DNA from: Euryarchaeota archaeon UBA463
GTDB lineage: Archaea > Thermoplasmatota > Poseidoniia > Poseidoniales > Thalassarchaeaceae
Length of the DNA stretch: 64,000 nucleotides
Assembly: GCA_002501805.1 (NCBI GenBank)
Contig: DAOI01000008.1
Span: 31,420-95,419 of the forward strand
Direction of reading: 5' to 3'
In this document: positions 61,473 through 64,000 of the stretch, one piece after another
How the letters are laid out: each line of letters begins with the position of its first letter
Position numbering within the stretch: position 1 is the first letter of the stretch
Notes under the pieces: model-generated
Told to the model about the DNA's origin: nothing
The model's database searches: none
Seen by the model: the letters and a program-made list of their open reading frames with translations, nothing else
Position numbers and translations under genes: made by a program

Positions 61473-62501
61473 ATGTTTGATAGAATTAAATCAACGCCTG
61501 CAAAAATATGCCTAATGGTGAGTGCCCTTGTAACAATTGTTTACTCGATGAATTTCATGCTCTTCGCTGATTGTTATGTAACGGGGGGAGATGGTTGCTT
61601 CACTCTTGGTTTTACCAATGAAACCACTGCTGAAATGCTTTCTTACGGAAATGGAGGTCCTGAAACAGCTTTCAATGGGGTACTGATGTTTGGCGTGTTC
61701 ATGTCCACAATGCTAATTCTAAATGAGGGGGCGAAGGGAATGTGGAAGGTCATGATTCCAGTGATCATCGGATTCGTAGTTATGTCTGCATCAATGTGGG
61801 CTTACTGGGGAGACTTGGACTCCTCTGCGACTCCAAAATACATTGCTCCTGTAACGACTGCGATATACATAGCAGCCTACTTCCTATTGAAGGCCGAGGA
61901 CGAAGTAGACGATGGGATTTCTGAATTCAAGATGGGTTTGAATATAGATGACAAGCCATCACTTGTAGCTATGGCGCTGGTGGTTATTATGGGGGTTTGG
62001 TACAGCTTCATGTCCCTTGTCATGCCTGAAGATAGAATAGAGGCATTTGGCCTAGGAGAGGCAAGTCAGGAAATGCTTGACGCCGGCCTAGGCGCTCCAT
62101 CAACGGTAACGGTGGCTGTAAGTGGTTCTCTATTCCTAGTCTATACCATCTGGACTGCGATGGTGGTTTTGGACGGTGCAAAAGGAAAGTGGCCAATATT
62201 GCATCCTGGGATTTTCTTCTTAATCACAGCAACAATATCGACTTACATGGCACTGGTAGACAATGTAGGGGAGATATCGAGACCGGTCTCAGATCAATCT
62301 GTTCTAGACAGTGTTGCAGGGCCTCTTGCGATGCTTCTGGTATTGTTTGCCTACTACAGGATGAGAGATGAAGGAGTTGAAGATGGTATGACTGGTTATG
62401 GAGCTGGGATGGAGGAGCTCACTCCAAACGCGTTCAATATCTTGGTCATCACTGTGACATTGATCGTTGGACTGGTTTTCACTGCTAACGTAATGCTGTA
62501 G
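61473..62501 (+). CDS. Polytopic membrane protein (about 9-10 helices), function unknown
   Basis: 342 aa, hydrophobic throughout, with an apparent internal two-fold arrangement. No recognisable motif. Confidence 0.5.
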   Translation: MFDRIKSTPAKICLMVSALVTIVYSMNFMLFADCYVTGGDGCFTLGFTNETTAEMLSYGNGGPETAFNGVLMFGVFMSTMLILNEGAKGMWKVMIPVIIGFVVMSASMWAYWGDLDSSATPKYIAPVTTAIYIAAYFLLKAEDEVDDGISEFKMGLNIDDKPSLVAMALVVIMGVWYSFMSLVMPEDRIEAFGLGEASQEMLDAGLGAPSTVTVAVSGSLFLVYTIWTAMVVLDGAKGKWPILHPGIFFLITATISTYMALVDNVGEISRPVSDQSVLDSVAGPLAMLLVLFAYYRMRDEGVEDGMTGYGAGMEELTPNAFNILVITVTLIVGLVFTANVML

Positions 62502-62508
62502 AATTAGT

Positions 62509-62582
62509 TGGAGCACGGACCGGGATTTGCACCCGGGTCCAGGGATCTGCAATCCCTTGCATAGCTACTCTGCCATCCGTGC
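62509..62582 (-). tRNA. tRNA-Cys (anticodon GCA), CCA encoded
   Basis: Acceptor GCACGGA/TCCGTGC, anticodon stem AGGGA/TCCCT with loop TTGCAGA, T-arm CCGGG-TGCAAAT-CCCGG, discriminator T, then CCA. The T-loop has G at position 55, which is unusual. Confidence 0.7.
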
Positions 62583-62666
62583 CGCGTGCTCGGGACCTCC
62601 CCTCCTCTCTTGAAGGCTATCCGAGATTCGGCATACCTTCATGGTCGTCCTGCGCGTCGGAGATAC

Positions 62667-63797
62667 ATGCCAGACATTTCTGCAAGGTTCGAGGGGCTCG
62701 GTGTTGGCTTCGCACCATATCTCCAGCCACCGGGGCCTGAGATAGTAAGGTGGACAGTTGGAGAACCGGGTTTTGCTACTCCGAAGGAAATTCTAGACGT
62801 TGCTATTGGAGAGCTTGAGGCTGGTAATACAAAGTATACTAGAGGGGCGGGGTCGATGGAATTGTGCCAGGGAGTAGCAGATTATCTATCGAAGCACCAT
62901 GAGATTGAGGTCTCTGCTGAGGACGTAGTAGTTACGCCAGGAGCTAAGCAAGCGATGCTGTACTCTTTCCTAATTACTACTATGCCGGGGGACGAAGTGA
63001 TACTGCTCGCACCTTCTTGGGCATCTTACGAGCCTATGCTGGAGTTCATTGGTGCCAAACCAGTCCATGTACCAGTTAGGAAGGATAATTTTCATCCCGA
63101 CTTAGACGCCATACGTGAAGCTGTGACAGATAAGACGAGAATGATTCTACTCAATTCTCCTTGCAACCCGACGGGTGCGGTATTCACGCCTGATGAGATC
63201 AGGGGAATTCTTGAAATCGCGGTGGATAACGATTTATGGATCGTATCTGATGAGATTTACTCGCGCATGGTCTGGGTTGATTGGCCTCACGTATCTCCAG
63301 CGTCTTTACCGGGGGGCATGGAGAGAACTATTGTCGTCAATGGATGGTCGAAGTCATGGGCGATGACTGGAATGAGGCTCGGCTTTCTGACAGGACCGCC
63401 AAATGCCGTTAAGGCGGCCATAAAAAGCCAAGCTAATTCGGCTTCTCACGTACCTACATTTATGATGGAAGCTGCTAGAGTCGCGTTGAGCTGCGATGGC
63501 TCCGTAGAAGAGTTCAACTTAGAATACAAGAAGAGAAGGGAGATAATGAAAAACGGCCTATCAGAGCTACCGGGAGTCAGGGTCATTGAACCTGAAGGGG
63601 CCTTCTACATCTTCGCTGATATTACCGGAACAGGGATGACTGATACTGAGTTTGCAGATGGTGCACTAGAAGCCGGAGTGCAGTTAATTCCTGCCTCGCT
63701 GATAACAGGTGGAGAGGGTTTCATCAGAGTATCTTATGCAACTAACGAAGATGCCATACATGAGGGCTTGAGTAGACTAAGATCTTGGTTACTGTAG
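62667..63797 (+). CDS. Class I PLP-dependent aminotransferase (aspartate aminotransferase-like)
   Basis: LNSPCNPTGAVF, NGWSKSWAMTGMRLGF (containing the PLP lysine), and IRVSYA. I prefer the ATG at 62667 (MPDISARFEGLG). The track start at 62586 abuts the tRNA-Cys 5' end. Confidence 0.85.
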   Translation: MPDISARFEGLGVGFAPYLQPPGPEIVRWTVGEPGFATPKEILDVAIGELEAGNTKYTRGAGSMELCQGVADYLSKHHEIEVSAEDVVVTPGAKQAMLYSFLITTMPGDEVILLAPSWASYEPMLEFIGAKPVHVPVRKDNFHPDLDAIREAVTDKTRMILLNSPCNPTGAVFTPDEIRGILEIAVDNDLWIVSDEIYSRMVWVDWPHVSPASLPGGMERTIVVNGWSKSWAMTGMRLGFLTGPPNAVKAAIKSQANSASHVPTFMMEAARVALSCDGSVEEFNLEYKKRREIMKNGLSELPGVRVIEPEGAFYIFADITGTGMTDTEFADGALEAGVQLIPASLITGGEGFIRVSYATNEDAIHEGLSRLRSWLL

Positions 63798-63833
63798 TAG
63801 AGAGCTTGAAATCCCATATCTACACGAGTGGCT

Positions 63834-64000
63834 ATGCACGATGGGGAGTCGCGAGGGAGCCACATCTTCTTGGATTACCTCAATTACTCATGTCCAAGCA
63901 AAGATGAGGGGGATTGGATGTTGTCCCTTATGAGAGATTGTGTGAGAGAATCGGGTATCAGGGAAGTTCATTCGCACGTAGAGGTTTTCGATGGCTCCGA
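63834..64000 (+). CDS. 3'-truncated ORF, possibly a pyruvoyl-dependent S-adenosylmethionine decarboxylase-like proenzyme
   Basis: MHDGESRGSHIFLDYLNYSCPSKDEGDWMLSLMRDCVRESGIREVHSHVEVFDGS runs off the window. The pattern G.H...D...C....d......m.......G......H...F loosely resembles SpeH/SpeD N-termini. Weak evidence. Confidence 0.3.
   Translation, partial: MHDGESRGSHIFLDYLNYSCPSKDEGDWMLSLMRDCVRESGIREVHSHVEVFDGS

Overview
The window is a gene-dense (~90% coding) chromosomal segment from an archaeon. Supporting markers are MCM, GatE, Pth2, Trm1, two PAC2-type proteasome assembly chaperone paralogs, and an eL18-uL13-uS9-Rpo10 cluster followed by tRNA-Pro. The giant calcium-repeat surface protein and the many bacterial-type genes suggest a marine planktonic Thermoplasmatota/Euryarchaeota (MGII/III-like) lineage, but that is inference only. 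I call about 55 protein genes and 3 tRNAs: Arg-GCG, Pro-GGG and Cys-GCA. I saw no rRNA, CRISPR array, transposase or integrase.

Most genes are housekeeping: purM, moaA, threonine aldolase, aspartate aminotransferase, an Nfu-type Fe-S protein and a PduO-type adenosyltransferase.

The items most worth a second look are:
1. A translationally coupled AddB/AddA-like helicase-nuclease pair (4627-13094), unusual for archaea.
2. An ORB-like inverted repeat with a G-string flanking a T-rich spacer just upstream of mcm (22118-22188), a candidate replication origin.
3. An AT-rich islet next to tRNA-Arg that encodes an orphan HNH nuclease with a large uncharacterised C-terminal region (38687-40078).
4. 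A ~2670-aa TSP3-repeat surface protein with a ligand-less cupredoxin-like domain and a cytoplasmic DUF4129-like tail.
5. A Liv-type ABC importer with a three-module lipoprotein receptor and a fused LivH-LivM permease.
6. Several bacterial-type genes: NAD-dependent LigA, PanD and RlmH, plus a stand-alone Cas4-like nuclease and a DEDDh exonuclease.

All functional calls rest on motifs I recognised by eye in the supplied translations. No searches were run, and domain boundaries are approximate.
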